Positions 48,348-62,600 of a stretch of 64,000 nt of DNA are shown piece after piece. Position 1 is the first letter of the stretch; the number at the start of each line of letters is the position of its first letter. Both the position numbers and the translations under genes were made by a program. Source of the stretch: Lingula anatina (Eukaryota; Animalia; Brachiopoda); assembly GCA_051362555.1 (NCBI GenBank), contig CM120642.1, forward strand, positions 24,304,001-24,368,000. The letters run 5' to 3'. The notes below the pieces were generated by a model. The model made no database searches and was not told the origin of the DNA. It saw only the letters and a program-made list of their open reading frames with translations.

Positions 48348-50371
48348 GTATGTGTTAACATATTATTTTGGGCTTAATCTTGAAATATTAGTTAGACGGA
48401 AGTTCAAATTTCCAACAGACGACAAGTGTTTGTTACTGGACAGATACTAGAAGTAGTTTTAGATTGACTCCTTGTCATTTTGTGCAGAAATCTACGATCC
48501 AAATATTGCATGGGTTTCCGCACTTGTCTATGTACGCGGCATGGCTTGCTAGTTGACCTAGGAGTATGTTTAAGTCACAACTTGGTACGTGTAAGTCAAT
48601 GGTCCTATTCAGTAAGACTTTTAACACTTATGTACTAAGTAACAGCCATAAAAGTGCAAAATAGAAAATATATTTATATTGACTGTATGTTGTGACACGT
48701 GACTGTAGCTTGGGGAGAGACTGCTGGTAAATACGTTTCAAAATAATCAGGTGTCATTATAAGGCTTTTTGCCTTGTCAGTTGTTTGATATGTAAATCAT
48801 TCTTATCAGAGTGTAAAAAATAGAGAGATCAAAAAGAAGTAAGACCGGAGTTTACTCAAATTGTTCTTTTGTACAGTATAAAAAAAAAAATCATAAGTAA
48901 ATAAATAAATAAACTTATATTGTCACCCAACTGGTTTGGACCTTGTATTTTGAGCACATCAGACACTGCTCACTCAAAGACACTGCTCACTCACATTGTA
49001 AATTTATGTACCCTTTCCATGATGTTTGAAAGCACACAAAGTAGAATTTAAAATGCGTTGTAAGTGCATGGATTGCTTCCTGTTGAACAATTTGTGTGAC
49101 TACTTTTACATTTAATACAGACATCTTATTGATGTGATTGACTTCATTAAAGGGGTAAAACCCTTTATTTTAACAGGGAGAGTGCCATTTAACAGATTTT
49201 CCTGGGGTAAAGGACAATTTTACCATAACCAATGGTTGACAAATCCATTCCAACATTCAAATTTTTTTCTAGCACAGATTTTAGAATAATTGCCATAAAA
49301 AAATTGTTAGTTTCCATCTGGGTTTATGGCTTTATACATATCACTATGGCTGTATTACATTATTACAGGGTCTTTTGATGAACTATACTGCATATTAACA
49401 TGGCAGCAACGTGTTCTTGACAATCCCCATCTCATACAGAACATACTGTATGTATAAAATTCTGTATATAAACAGATAATAGCTTGTGTGATCAAACACT
49501 GGGGTTGTGGCAACTGATTTTATGTTGGGATACTTAATTTATGGCTGGAGTTGTTAACTTGGGCAGCTTTGCTCACGAATTAGAGGCTCAAGCTAAAATA
49601 CTTAATCCTTTTTTTAAGACCTATCTATGCTTGACCTTAAAGAAAAAATTAATTATAAAGAAATTTATAAACTTATTCATGACATATCTTAGCAATTATT
49701 ATTATTATGTGCATTACTAGTAAATATAACTTAAAAGAAGGTTTTCTTTTGATGCTTTATCATTCTATGATTAGAGGAAAATTATTAATTGAATTTTCAT
49801 CTTCAAAATACAAAATGCTGAAAAAAATTAATAAGAAAGAAAAAAAAAAAAAGAAAAGAAAAAGACGTATACAGAAAGAAACTTCTTTAAACCAGGCCTT
49901 GTCACCATAAGGAAAGTGTTTGTTTTTTTTACAATTTTTTGCACAAGGACAATACATTAGAATGAATATCTATGTAATTCTTAGAATTTAAAGCCTGTCA
50001 GGCTGCCAATATTCTCTGCTGCTGTCCATTATTATTCATTTCTTATTGTGATCCATAATCACATTTTTTTGTCAAATGTTTGTAACCAAATCAAGGTTAG
50101 AGTTATAAAACATATTTGATACTTAACTGTAACCTGATTTAGCTATCAATGTTACTCTGTCTCTTGCTTGACTTGTCTCTTGCTTGACTGAAAGTGTGAG
50201 AGTGTTTGTTGTTCTCTTCCTACTTTCTGTATTTCTGTTGAGCAGCTAAATTCAAGTTTCCTAAATGCTTCATTCATTTGGTTAAGACAGCCCCATTACA
50301 ACTATTATTAGATTTAGTATAAATAATTTTAAAAAACTGCAACACAATAATAATAATAATAATAATTTATT

Positions 50372-51168
50372 TATTGTACTATCAGTGCGGCGCTGGTGCT
50401 ACGCATGGTTTTAGTCCCAACTGGTATATGAGCTTTTTTTATGGACTATGAATTTCGGCCAGAACAATTTGTGACCTTGAAATTGACCTTTGACCTACTT
50501 TTCACCATGAATTGAACTTTGCAACTTTTCCAACTCTTATATTTCCAAAACTGGCAGAGATACGCCCATAATTACTATTTAACTTGAATAAGACCTCATA
50601 AAAATGGGGAATCTAACAGTGACCTTGAAATTGAAATTTAACCTACTTTTCACCATGAACTGAACTTTGCAACTTTTAAGTCCCTTATATCTCTAGAACT
50701 GGCAGATACGCCCAAAGTTACCACTGAACTTCAATAGGAAGTCATAGGTTGACAGTCTAATTGTGACCTTGAACTTGACCCTTGACCTGCTTTTCACCAT
50801 GAACTGAACTTTGCAACTTTTTCTGCTCCTTGTAACTCCAAAACTGGCAGAGAAGCCCAAACTTACTATTGAACTTGAATAGGAAGTCGTATATGGTCAA
50901 TCTGACCTTGAAATTGACCTTTGACCTACTTTTTGCCATGAACCTCACTTTACAAATTTGGATCAGAACTCTAACTTTTCCCCATGATTTTGTTATTAAC
51001 TGGAATTTTCAACAAAAATGTTGAGAACTCTTGTTTACTGCATTTTGTAGAGCTTGTCAAGCACAACATTGGAGGTGGTGTCCCTTGTTTTTTGTTTTCC
51101 ATGTGAATGCTTAACCCAGCTGGTGGTACAATACCCAGAAGTGGTATCACCTCTCTGGTCCTCGAGTT
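50372..51168 (+). mobile_element. Second, older copy of the HINE family (3-4 diverged ~146-bp units)
   Basis: 5' TTATTGTACTATCAGTGCGGCGCTGG, the same core repeat (TGACCTTGAAATTGACCTTTGACCTACTTTTCACCATGAA), 3' GCTGGTGGTACAA + hairpin + CTCGAGTTT. Confidence 0.8.
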
Positions 51169-52899
51169 TATTGCCATGTTTAGACATTAAGGGTATAAAA
51201 TGAAACTGTATATGATCTGTCGATAAAATTTGATTTAAAACAATCAAATGTGCTCATTAAAAATGTGTGTTGATGATAAGTAAAAACCAATTTTGGTTCA
51301 TGTTGAAGTTGCTTTTAGAGACTGAAACGAAGACATAGGAATAAACAAACTGTTCACTACAATGTAGCGGCAATTCCTTTATTTGCACTGTAGAACTTTC
51401 AGACCAGATGGTGGAAGAGTGTCAATTCACTCCCAGTCACCACCCTGTAAAATTTTACCAACAGTGCCTGGTTTACATAGAATGACCTCAAGCGCCATAG
51501 GAAAAAGTCTTTGCTGAGTCTTACAAACAATTTTGTCTATGTTGATGTGCCTTTTAAAGGGATAATTCTTCGTATGAGCTCTATATTTCACAATAAAAAC
51601 ATTGTGAACAACTTTTAGAAATATAATATACTATGTTGTACCACAAAAGTGGCAGTTATATCTATTATTCTGATATCTGAGCTTGTCTTTAGACCACGTG
51701 ACCTCCATTGATGGCTATACTCTGTTATAATCTTTTAAGGTATTATAACAACAACAAAAAAAAAAAAACTTTTAGAAAAAAAAAAAAAAGAAAAAAAAAA
51801 AACGGGGACTAACTTTGAATATAGAAATGGATTCATTAACCAATGGTAAGTATGGGAAAATTGTTGACTCCAGGAAAATTAATTGTTTGGCCAAAACGAA
51901 GAGTTATTATCCCTTTAAGATCATCAGAGATATGTCTGCCAGGAATTTCAAAATCTCTAACTAAATATAATATTATGAACATTTTGCTTCAAACTGAATT
52001 ATATTTAAACTATGGTCCAACATACATTGTCTGTATTTAAATTAATTATTACATTGTACCGTCAGCTTACTTTTTGACCATTAGGATGCACTAGTACAAA
52101 ATTTTTGTATCGCACTCTCCATCCTCATAGGGAATGCAACCTTTTCATTTACTAAATTATATTTACACGTGTCATATTACGTGTCACATAAGACGTGATG
52201 TCATAATTCAACTTATGGGATAAAAACTGAAAAATATGTTTCTCAAATTTCTATTTTAACTGAGCACCCACAATCACCGTTTCAACGGCAATTTAATGAA
52301 ATTATTTAGTACTCCAAAACCCTGCCAATGATTTTTCTTTAAAGTCTTAGTTCAGATTTCATTGTTGATAAAGCAAATAAATGTCTTTGTTTAATGAAAA
52401 TCTGTAATTAGGGGCTCATAACTCCATAACAAAAACATTAAAACCAAAATGATGGCAGGGGATTGAAGCCCATATACTCCTGGTCAACTCTGCCAATTTT
52501 TATGATAAAATCTTGTTCAGGGATAAAGTTACACCCAATACCGGTTGCTATCTCACCTCAAAATAGAAAGATGTTAAATTGATGATTAAAGCCTATGCTT
52601 ACATATAGCAATGAAAAAATATAACAATATTTTATATTTTCAAGGGGCTTTTTGTTAATTTAAATCAGCACAAAGATAGATGCATTATTGAATAATTAGA
52701 TGCCTGCAGGAAAAAACTCATTTTTGGTATCTGAATGATAATAAAGAGTTACAGAAACCTTAGACTAGAAATTTTTTCCTATAAATGTGGTGAGTTGGAC
52801 AGCCAACAGGAGCAGTGAAATTGATGCCTTCTTGTTTCCTTGACTGTTAAATATCACAGGAAGGCTAGAAGAGTGTGAGTGAGTCCTGCTAAGCAACCA

Positions 52900-53297
52900 A
52901 GCCAGTCCCTTCAAAAATGTCAAGGTCAAATAGGCCTTATATCCGGCAATATTTGTCTTTCTTTTAGTTAAAATCAGCATGTTTCTTGATGGAGGGTACC
53001 ATCTCTCTACGAGTTGATGTGTAATGACCCCGTGTTTGTTGCATTTTGTGCAGCTTGTTTAATGCAGTACTGGATATGGTGTCCATTTTTAAATTAATGT
53101 GTCATTTTGATTGCATTATTGCTTCTAGTGCCAGATTTGTTGGTGTACATAACATGTTGTTTACCCAAACACTATCCCTATTTCTACTGTAAATTTTCTG
53201 AGCTACTAATATGCATGAGCTTTTTTCTTTTTATGAGCCTAATCTAGCTGGTGGTACATACCTAGGAGGAAGTTTTAGGTCTCTGAGTCTCACATTT
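52900..53297 (+). mobile_element. Degraded related HINE 3' remnant
   Basis: TCAAGGTCAAAT motif (~52920) and a 3' end AGCTGGTGGTACATACCTAGGAGG...TCTCTG resembling the ends at 9496 and 51119. Confidence 0.4.
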
Positions 53298-53613
53298 AAA
53301 ATATGTTATAAAATAGGATACATTACTTTACTATAACTTATTATTATGATTATTATTATTTTATTTTTATTATTATAATTTATTATAATTTATTATTATA
53401 ATTTATTTATTTATTTATATTATTATTATTATTATTATTATTACTTTTGCCAAACTGAATAAGTAATGGTAATTTAATAAAACTGGCCAAAAGCTAAACA
53501 GAAATCATTTTGTTTTGATTAGGGTATAGACAGGACTACTGAATGATTGCAGGGGATTTTTTAAAGCTGAAGTACTATATCAATTGACAATTAAGATATT
53601 GGAACTTTTCATC

Positions 53614-56600
53614 ATGGATAGCAGCAAGAAACCAGGGAATGGAAAACAAATGGTTTCATTTGGTTCCACAAGCCAGGATCCATTGGATATCATGTTAAGA
53701 TATCTGGATAAAGCTGAGCAAGAGGAAAGACAGAGTGCAAAAAAGGAGTCCAAAACATCACCTATTGTTGGGGATCATTATGGTGGAAAAGTTTCTGTAC
53801 CAGTAACAAAGGTTCATAGACCCATAACAAATGCTGAACGTTTGCTACACCTTAAGAAGTCACCCAGGAAAGCTCATGCAGATAACCTGCAAAGTGCTGC
53901 TTTGCTGAAAACAAGATTTGCAACAGCAAGTGGAGACCCTGCTGCTAAAAAGGATCATACTGCAAAGCTGTCCACAGTTCAAGTCCAAAATAGAACAGTT
54001 GTAAGCCAAAGTAGTAGTAGCTTCTTAAATCCCCATGATGCTGGAAGATCTGATTTAACAAGTTCACCTGCAATGGAGACACCTTTGGTTGCATCTGAAG
54101 GTGTGTCTCAGACGGACACATCCACAGTGCTTGCAGGCCAAAGTGCTACCAAAATTATGTCAGTTGTCAGTGACAATACAGCACACACAAGAGACATTTG
54201 CACAAATGAAGAACCATTGCAACATAAAGGTTTTTCTACCAAAATAGAGGTGACAAGACAGAAACAAACAGATAATGTTATCATGCAAAAAGAGAAGGAT
54301 TTGCCAATTTCCTGTGTTAGTGATCAAGGTAAGACTATATTTCATAATTTCTGAGACCGTATTGCATACATAGCTTGAAAATTGCAAAATTGGCTCTGAG
54401 CAGAAATGCACTAGTGGTTTGACAACTAGATGTTGAATTTTGAATATATTTTGGAGTACATTTTTCTATCAACAGTAAAAATTTCAAGCCATTCTGGTGA
54501 AATATAAAGCTTTTATGACATTTTTTAGTAAAGGGTGAATTAATAGGATTCTCCACCTGATTATTATCTGACAGTTGTCTTTATCAAATTGTTAAGAAAT
54601 GTATTTGCTGTTTTGTTCTATATATTTTTTTCATCAAAGGAATGCAAGTGTTACTGTATATTATACCATAACTGTATAGCCAATTTATATGTATTGTAAA
54701 GTAGGAGGCACAGCAGCTTTTGTATCTCAACCAGCAAGACATGGAGAAGTTGGAGAAGGTTCTCCTGCAGAACATTTGACCAGAAGGTTAGTTTTATTTC
54801 AGTATTATATGTTAAAATATCTCTCATTTCTTTCCAAGCTTGATTTTATTTTCATGTGCTGTAAAAGAAGATCTACAAAGGTTACATGGATTAAATATGT
54901 CATATATGTTTTTAGCAGTATGCCAGGCACCACTGTGAATGAGACCAATCCTCGTTATTCTGAGAAAAACAGTTCTGGGAATGCCAAAGGAGCAGTTAAA
55001 AGCACCGCAGCCATAGCAAGCGGATCCCAGCAGATCAAATCTGGAATAGGAAACGATACACCCAACGAAGACTTCACACAACAGGATGCCAGGCAAACAA
55101 GATCTAGAGGTCATAAAACCAGTTTTCAAAGTCATAACAAAATTGACAGCAGCAAAGATAGAACAATAGAAGCAAGGGTGACTAGAAGAGGGTCCCGTGA
55201 AAATGTTCTAGATAAAGTATCTGTTGAAAACAGTGGAGAATCTGGGAAAAAAGTTCAAACAGGGATGAGCAATGCTGAAAAAGACGCACCACTTCAAAAG
55301 CAAATTCACAAGAAAACATTCTCCAAAGAAGAAGTTGGTGAACAAGTAGAAGGGGCCCTGGGAAAAAACAAAAAGGCTCTTGATGAAGACGCCCTTTTTA
55401 GCATCTCAAAAGAGGAGGCCCAACAATTAGAAGCCAATTTTGAAGACATAGTTCAAAGACTAAAAGAGACCTCTAATTCAAGTTCTCAAAAAATACCTCC
55501 TGCAGACAAAGGCAACACTAGTAGACCTAGACAGCAGTCGAAAGTAAGGGTTTACTCCAGCCCTAAGGAAGCTTTGAAGATATTGAGAGGACCAAGGGAA
55601 CCCATTGTGCAGTTGCCCAGTGTGGCAGACCTGTCAAAAAGTGAGACATTTTTTAATGTCAAACTTTTGACTGGCAGTCCCTCCAAGTCAGTTACAAGAA
55701 AGCCTAATTCCCAGGTTACAACTGAGAACAAAGATGGTTCACAGCAAGGATCAAAGGTGAAATCTGATCCTAAATTGGACTTTTCGGCAAAAGTGAGCAA
55801 GGTTTTTGCTTCATACAAGCAGCTGGAGAACATGACTAGAGAAGATTCTGAAAAAAGAAAGGCTTCTTTAAGAACAAATCCTGCCAAGCTAGCAGAAGTA
55901 GAGGTTGCCCAGAAAGATGTTTCAACAAAAATGGCTAACAAAAAACCTTCAAATGCTGAACAGGAGAGTAATAGAAACTCTTTGAATATAGATTCAGCAG
56001 TAAAACTTTCACCAAAAAAGCATCAAAATCAACCACTTGCCAAAGTTGATGGGGTAGCTGTAAAACAACCAGATTTAAAACCTCAAACATCACCAGTAAA
56101 TCTTGACTCACCTATAAAACCTATCTCAAAGCAGTCAGATTCCTTGAATTCTAAAGATTTAAGAATGAGCATCTCCCCAGGACCTGTGGAACATATTAAA
56201 GGCAGTTCAACAAATGAAATATCCCCAAAAGAATCAGAACAGCAACCAAATCAGGCAGACTTGACGCAGAAGCTACCCATAGACAATGCTGGTACAGCAA
56301 GTGGATGTCAGTCATCTGCAGAACAGTTGACCCCCTCAAGCTCACCCCAGGAAATTCAAAGTGCCATTACTTTCAACTCAGGTCCATCAGGTCAGCAGCT
56401 GCTTTCATCGTCAGAAAATCAAGTATCACTGGAAAAATGTCCACCTGACTTGAGTTCAACCCATACCTCTGCTCAGAAACCGTCACATGCACAAAGCCCA
56501 TTAAAACAACTCCCTACTTCTGCTCAAAAGTCCTCACCAGGATGCAGTCCCCTCAAGCAATTACCAAATACAAATCAGAAAGCTTCTCCAAAATCAAGTC

Positions 56601-59600
56601 CTATAAAGCATCCGTTATTGACAAAAAATGTTGTCATACCATTGAAACCAATTGATGCTGATGCTGTCAAGTATGGAGTAAGAAGGAATCTCAACTTTGA
56701 TGGAAAGGGTGAAAGAACTGGAAAAGTATCCAAAGCTGTTAGCCCAAAAGTGAGGGTTAGTGAACGTGATAATGAAGGTAGTTCATCTAAAAGAAAGCAA
56801 AGCAGTGAAGAGAGTAACAAAGAAGCGACTTTGGATGAGGAGACTCCTGGCACTGCTGCACAGCACAGATATGATCCACTTTCTGATCTTATCGCCAAAA
56901 TGCAAAGTAGAGTGAAAGAGATCAGGCATACATCTGAGGGTAATAATGAAGAAGATGATGATGATGAAATGGGTAATACAGTTGAAAAAGATGAAAATGA
57001 GAGTGAAAAAGTCCATGTACAGGAGTTAGAAGAAGATGCTGAAGAAAAATCTTCCGGTGAGACCAGTGATGAAGAGCAGGGAAGTGAAGAAAGCAGTGAT
57101 GAAAGCTCCACATCATCTTCTTCAGAGGATGATGAGAGTATATCTCACATAAAGCCAGCCCTTTTTCCTGTGGTTATTAAAGAAGAACCAGTGGATGTAA
57201 ATAAAGATGTTGTCATTGAACATGAACATGCCTGTAGTCCTAAATCTGGCATGAATATACCGATCAAAGAAGAAGCAGCTTCACCCACGGAAGACAAATT
57301 GTCACAGGAACCTGAAGGAAATGACCAAGGTATAATGGAATTTGAAGTTCCAGGCATGCTCCCAAACCTCAGGGTGGAAACTGAAGACGATTTGATAATT
57401 CTTGACCTGCTGTATGAGATGGTGGACCATGTCTGCGAAGAAGTTGGTGAATTTGCTGACCTTTCACTGCTGTTGGGAAGCAAGGATTTGTCCACAACGG
57501 ATCAGAATTGTGATGCCAGTGAAAATGGTGGTGAACAGGTAGAACAAAAAGTGAATGAAGAGCTCCTACCAGAACCGGTTAGTGAAAGCAACCCATACAG
57601 CTTGTTTGAAAAGCCTGTAGACCCAAAGAAGAAGGCATCTGCATTTGTGAGTGATGAATTGGAGAAGTATTTGGAACAAGAAGGAAAAGAAATTAGGAGT
57701 AGTTTTGCTATAGAAGAAAATGGCCCAAGTGAAGCAGGTGTTCCTCATGCTAAAACTGTTGCTGAGATGGCCGAGGATGCTGCCATTATTGAGGAGATTA
57801 CTCCAGAATTTACAACAGTGGATGGTATTGTATTTGCATCATTCTCATCCAAACAGGGTTTGGAGGCCCAGATGTCTCTGGAGAAAAAAAGAGATTTTTT
57901 ACGCATGCTCTCTACACAAAACATGTTACAAAATTTAAAGGCTATGAAAGTACAGGAAGGCTATAGCACATTGCTGCCAAAAGAGGCCAAAATGTTTGGT
58001 GGACAGAACTTTGAACGGTACCAAAGGTTACTTAGACAGGAATATGGGAAGTTGAAGAATCGGCAAACTCCTAAGAAATCCAGTGACTCTTCAAAAATAA
58101 AAAATGTGCCAAAAAAGAATGTAGATCCTGAGGTGATTCAAAAGAACACAGGGATAAATGTGCATCTCACAAAATCTGGGAAACTCCACTGGAAATCGGA
58201 ACAAAAGCTCCTCAGGAAAATATCTCCAAAGAAGATCAAGCAGATGGGTTTGGCACTGAAGAGGAAGAGGAACCGTGGTATCCACTTTACCCACAGGAAG
58301 ACCAAAGGTGATGATTTTAAAAAACCTGAAGACCCAAAGAAAGGCACTGGCATATTCAAGCCTGGATCATCTGGAGGTAAGCAAATCTTTCAAGTGATTT
58401 TTGACAATAAGATTTCATTTATAAAGTTAGTACTATAAGTAATAACATTTAAAATTTTAAAATTGATAGATTTTTTAAAAATTTGTTAGATAAATGTACA
58501 TTGTTTTAATGGTTGCATTACATGTTGACAAAATCTTTGCTCCCTTCACTAGACTGAATGAAGACGTTAAAAAAAAAAAAAGATTGGTGACATTGATTTT
58601 GATTTATTATAAACAAAAAATTTTAAACACCCATTTGAATTTTCTTTGAAAAGTATATTTAACATTTTCATTTGCTATTAGTTTGGAGTAAAAGTATTTA
58701 ACAAAAGAAAAGTAATGAAAATAATATGCTATAATAATGATAAATAATGGACAAATATATAGGTAGGAACTATATTTCTCTGTAGGGAAAAAAATGGGCC
58801 TAGTCACTCTGACCAGGACGATGGTGCTAGATGCAGTATCTACTCTGGATACCAGTCACCTTTCTCCAGAGAAATATCCATTAGTGAGTGACACAGGGGC
58901 CTGTAACAAACCAGGTACAGCCATTATAATTTTTTAGGTACCCTAAACAAGATGGGTTTATTATATTACTAATAATTATAATAGAGATGCCTCTAATATA
59001 CCTGACATATAGATGGATTTATCATCTAAGAAGAAGATAACAAGATAAAAACATTTCCTAAAAATGTTTTTTGTTAAAAAAAAAAAAAATTGTTTTACAT
59101 CGAAGCATAATAGACCCTGTTTTCATCCCATTCTAGGCTGTAGGTATGGCTGTGTGTGCCACCTGTGCGAGCCATCGACATCAGTTGACTATGATCATGG
59201 TGATTCCCAGCAGGTGGGGTTAAGTAGAAAGACACCCTGTCCAAAGGAGTATTGTCGCATGGGATGCATTTGCGAAAGCCTAGGTGGAAGGCATGGCAGT
59301 GACAAGACCCATTCTGGAAAAAAAAACTGCGGCAAAGAGGAATGCCAGATTGAGTGTCATTGTGAGAGCAGTGATGATCCTCTATGGGCTCCACCTCAAA
59401 CAAAACTGCGTGACAGAAGCCAGTTGAAGACTCTACAACAAAAACCAAAGCAACCAGAGGTCTATAGGGATAGACGCTCTTCCCTTATCTTCTATGAAGC
59501 TGGGTCACTGCAGCATCCTTTTCTTAAGAAGAAGAAGAAATCTAAGAAGGTATTATATATTAAGTTTTTGTAAAAACAACATTTGATGTTCATTACTAAG

Positions 59601-62600
59601 AGCTATTCTAAGTATGGACAGTCTAAGCTGACTATGCATTTCTTATTAGCTCACCACAGAAGACTAATTTAATTTTCCTGTTGTCCTGTGGTTCCACAAA
59701 CTACATTTCAAATTCAACCACGTATCCTTTTATGACCTCTAGCATTGCTTGAGCATTGCATATGGGTATTATATTTATCTCTCCAAATCCCAAGCCCAGT
59801 GGAGACAGAATTACTTTAATATGTGCAGGCCAAAAAATTGGTATTACCCCATCACAGAAAGCGAATAATTAATCCAATCTTTCTTTATCCCACCCACTGC
59901 TGGCCACAACATGCAATTTTCAGTTATACTGCATACCAGAATGACCTAACAAATCTTTCAGATACAGCATCTTCTGGTTTCCCCAAAAGTCCCCAACTCA
60001 TTAGCCAAATTTAAGAGGACTAATATTAATACCATGTTTCTCTTCTGTATAGAAGGCACCATCAACTAATCAGAAAGCACAAAAACCAGGGTCTAAACCA
60101 ACACCTGCCTTGCTTGCTGATCCCTCAGCTTCTGGTGCACAGTCTACCTTTCTTCTACACACCAAGAGTGGAGCCATAAAACAGGTCAGTGCATATTCAT
60201 TTGTGTGTATTAATAATAATAGATTTTTTTTTAATTTGGTAGATAAATGTGTCTTAAATTCTTTAAATTTGGACATTGCTTTAATATTCTGTTTGTTTGT
60301 GTTTATACTTTGTCTATTACAGTATGTTAAATCCATTATATCTGTCTTGTTTTAATATTGAATATATCTTTAAAAGACTTTCGTAGCCCTCACTTACTTT
60401 TGATAATGCTGTGTTTGTTTATATGCACAGTTATCTATTAATATCTATTGAAAATTGTGATATTATTACTATTATTTTCAGCAAGTCGTCCACACCTTTT
60501 CCTCCAAGGTGATGATACAGGATGAAGAAGAGGAAGACTTCGAAATAGATATTGACAATGAGGACAGTGATGCAGTCATGAGAGATGATTTTAATTCTTG
60601 CGCCAGAACCACTGTGTATATTCCTGTCAGTAGAAGGTATCTTAATTTTGAGTTTTTTTATTGTAAATTTTTATCTTTAAGATTAAATTCACTTGTGTTT
60701 AAAAATGCTAATCTTCAAAAGTAATCTGACATTAAAAACTGCTCACAACCTTTTGTCTTGTTATGTTGCCAGTAAGTATTGTTCAAATTAATTATGAACT
60801 GTGGTATTATCCCAGTGTGGTCATTGATAATTTAAAAGAAGGTGGTCATACCTCTCTTATTCTCGATTTTTGTTTTGCAGACATGTTGCTGGAACTGAAA
60901 AGAGTATACAGAAAGTACAGAGTGAAGGAAATGCCAAAGAACAAGAGAGGAAAAAGTTGAAGAAATCACATAAGAAAGATATGAAGAAGACTGTTGAGGA
61001 CAAGACAAGTGCTAATACTGATTCTAATAAAGAAAATAGTAAAATGTGAGTCAAGCAATTGCTTTGGTGTCCAATAGCCAGGTGCTTTTTATGCTTGGAA
61101 TCTGTTCTTGTATCATCAGTCATTTCTTACCTTATTTTACCCTAAATAAAGGCATTTTAACTGCTCTAGGTGTTTGGAGCATTGGCAACAGTTAAATTCT
61201 TACGGTTTTGAGAAAATTATACAATCATAATGGCATTTCCACTTTGACAGTTTGTATTAAAAAATCTTTGTAGGTTATGTTGCATTGCATCAATATGGTG
61301 TTTTATAATAAATGGGGAATATTGTAAACACATATTTACAATTGAACAAATATTAAGGAAAGCATATCTGATACCTTTATAGGAGTGCAGCAGAAATTCC
61401 ATCCATGCAGAAAGTCCTGAGTCAGAAGATGTTTGAAGTTGGGACTTACTCATCTCAAATGGTTCTGCTTGAACCCAAGCAAAGCAAGGAGGATGGCTCA
61501 AAAGATGGCACCACTACTCTAGGCAGTTCAGATGACAAGTCTTCAGGTAGCACCACTTCTGTAGGTGACAGCTCAAAAGATGGCGCCACTGCGGGTGATA
61601 ACACAGTAGATCAACAAATGTCACGCTTGTTGCAAATTAAGTCGAATTGTAAGTGGGGAATGAACCGACAGAACATTTTGAACAGTATTGCCAAGTATGT
61701 GCCTCCTGGTCATACTGTGTCCCCAGACCCTGTCAGTATGCTAGTGGGAGAGTATGTGGTGGAAATACAACCAAAAGGAGCAAAACCTACTGCTATTCCA
61801 TACAGACTCCAGAGCAAGCTGGGCAAAGAGATGTATCCCATACGAGTTAAGATAAGCAAGCTGCTGCCAAACTACAAAGAAGTTTTGAAAAAGGAAAAAA
61901 CTAAGTTTAACTTGATGCTGAAACAGATGGCAGAAAAGAAAGAGGAACCCAAGGATAATGTTAAACCAGCAAGTGCAACTTCCGTTTCAAGAACAAATGC
62001 CCCAAGTACCCCACCACCCACGAACAGGGTGGCACCACCCCCCTCTATATCAGGCCTGAGTCACTTTAGGATTCACACGGGTGGTGTGATGAACAAGGGG
62101 ATCTCCCCATCGCGCTCCACCAAGCTGTCTATCGGACCCATAGGTGGTGAGGAGAGCGGCGAGGAGGAGGACATAGAGGTGGAGAAGACTGACAGAGAGA
62201 TGGCGGATGAGAAGGCAAAGAAAGGTATAATATGTGGGCTTAAAAACGTTTGAAAAAATACTTATTATTTTTTATATCAAAGTATTTTATCAGCTGTATT
62301 TTAAGCTGTTAGTTTCTTAAACCAACAATTAACTTACATTGAATGAGGAAGCTCTGAAAAGTTGATATGACAATGTAACATGTCTGTAGCCCCCTGAAGA
62401 CATCTTGCAGGATTTTATCAATACAATATTGAAATGCAAATAATTTGTAATTGAGCTGCTTTTTTATGTTTTTTTTATCTTTACCAAAAAGGAAATTCCC
62501 CCTGAATCAAATTTTTTTGGCAGATCTGTTTTTTTTTAGTTAGATTTTTAAAGTACTTCAGAAGAAACCCCAGTTTTTATTCTTTTACTAAGAGTGTTAA

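Noticed and set aside
54824-58359. Antisense ORFs overlapping the large MGA-like exon (also those opposite the cGLRs)
   Set aside because: Shadow ORFs produced by codon bias on the coding strand; S/F/L-rich with no independent signals.
54689-58438. 1249-aa ORF as a standalone gene
   Set aside because: It spans a small exon, a stop-free intron and one large exon of the spliced MGA-like gene, and overruns the donor at 58376.
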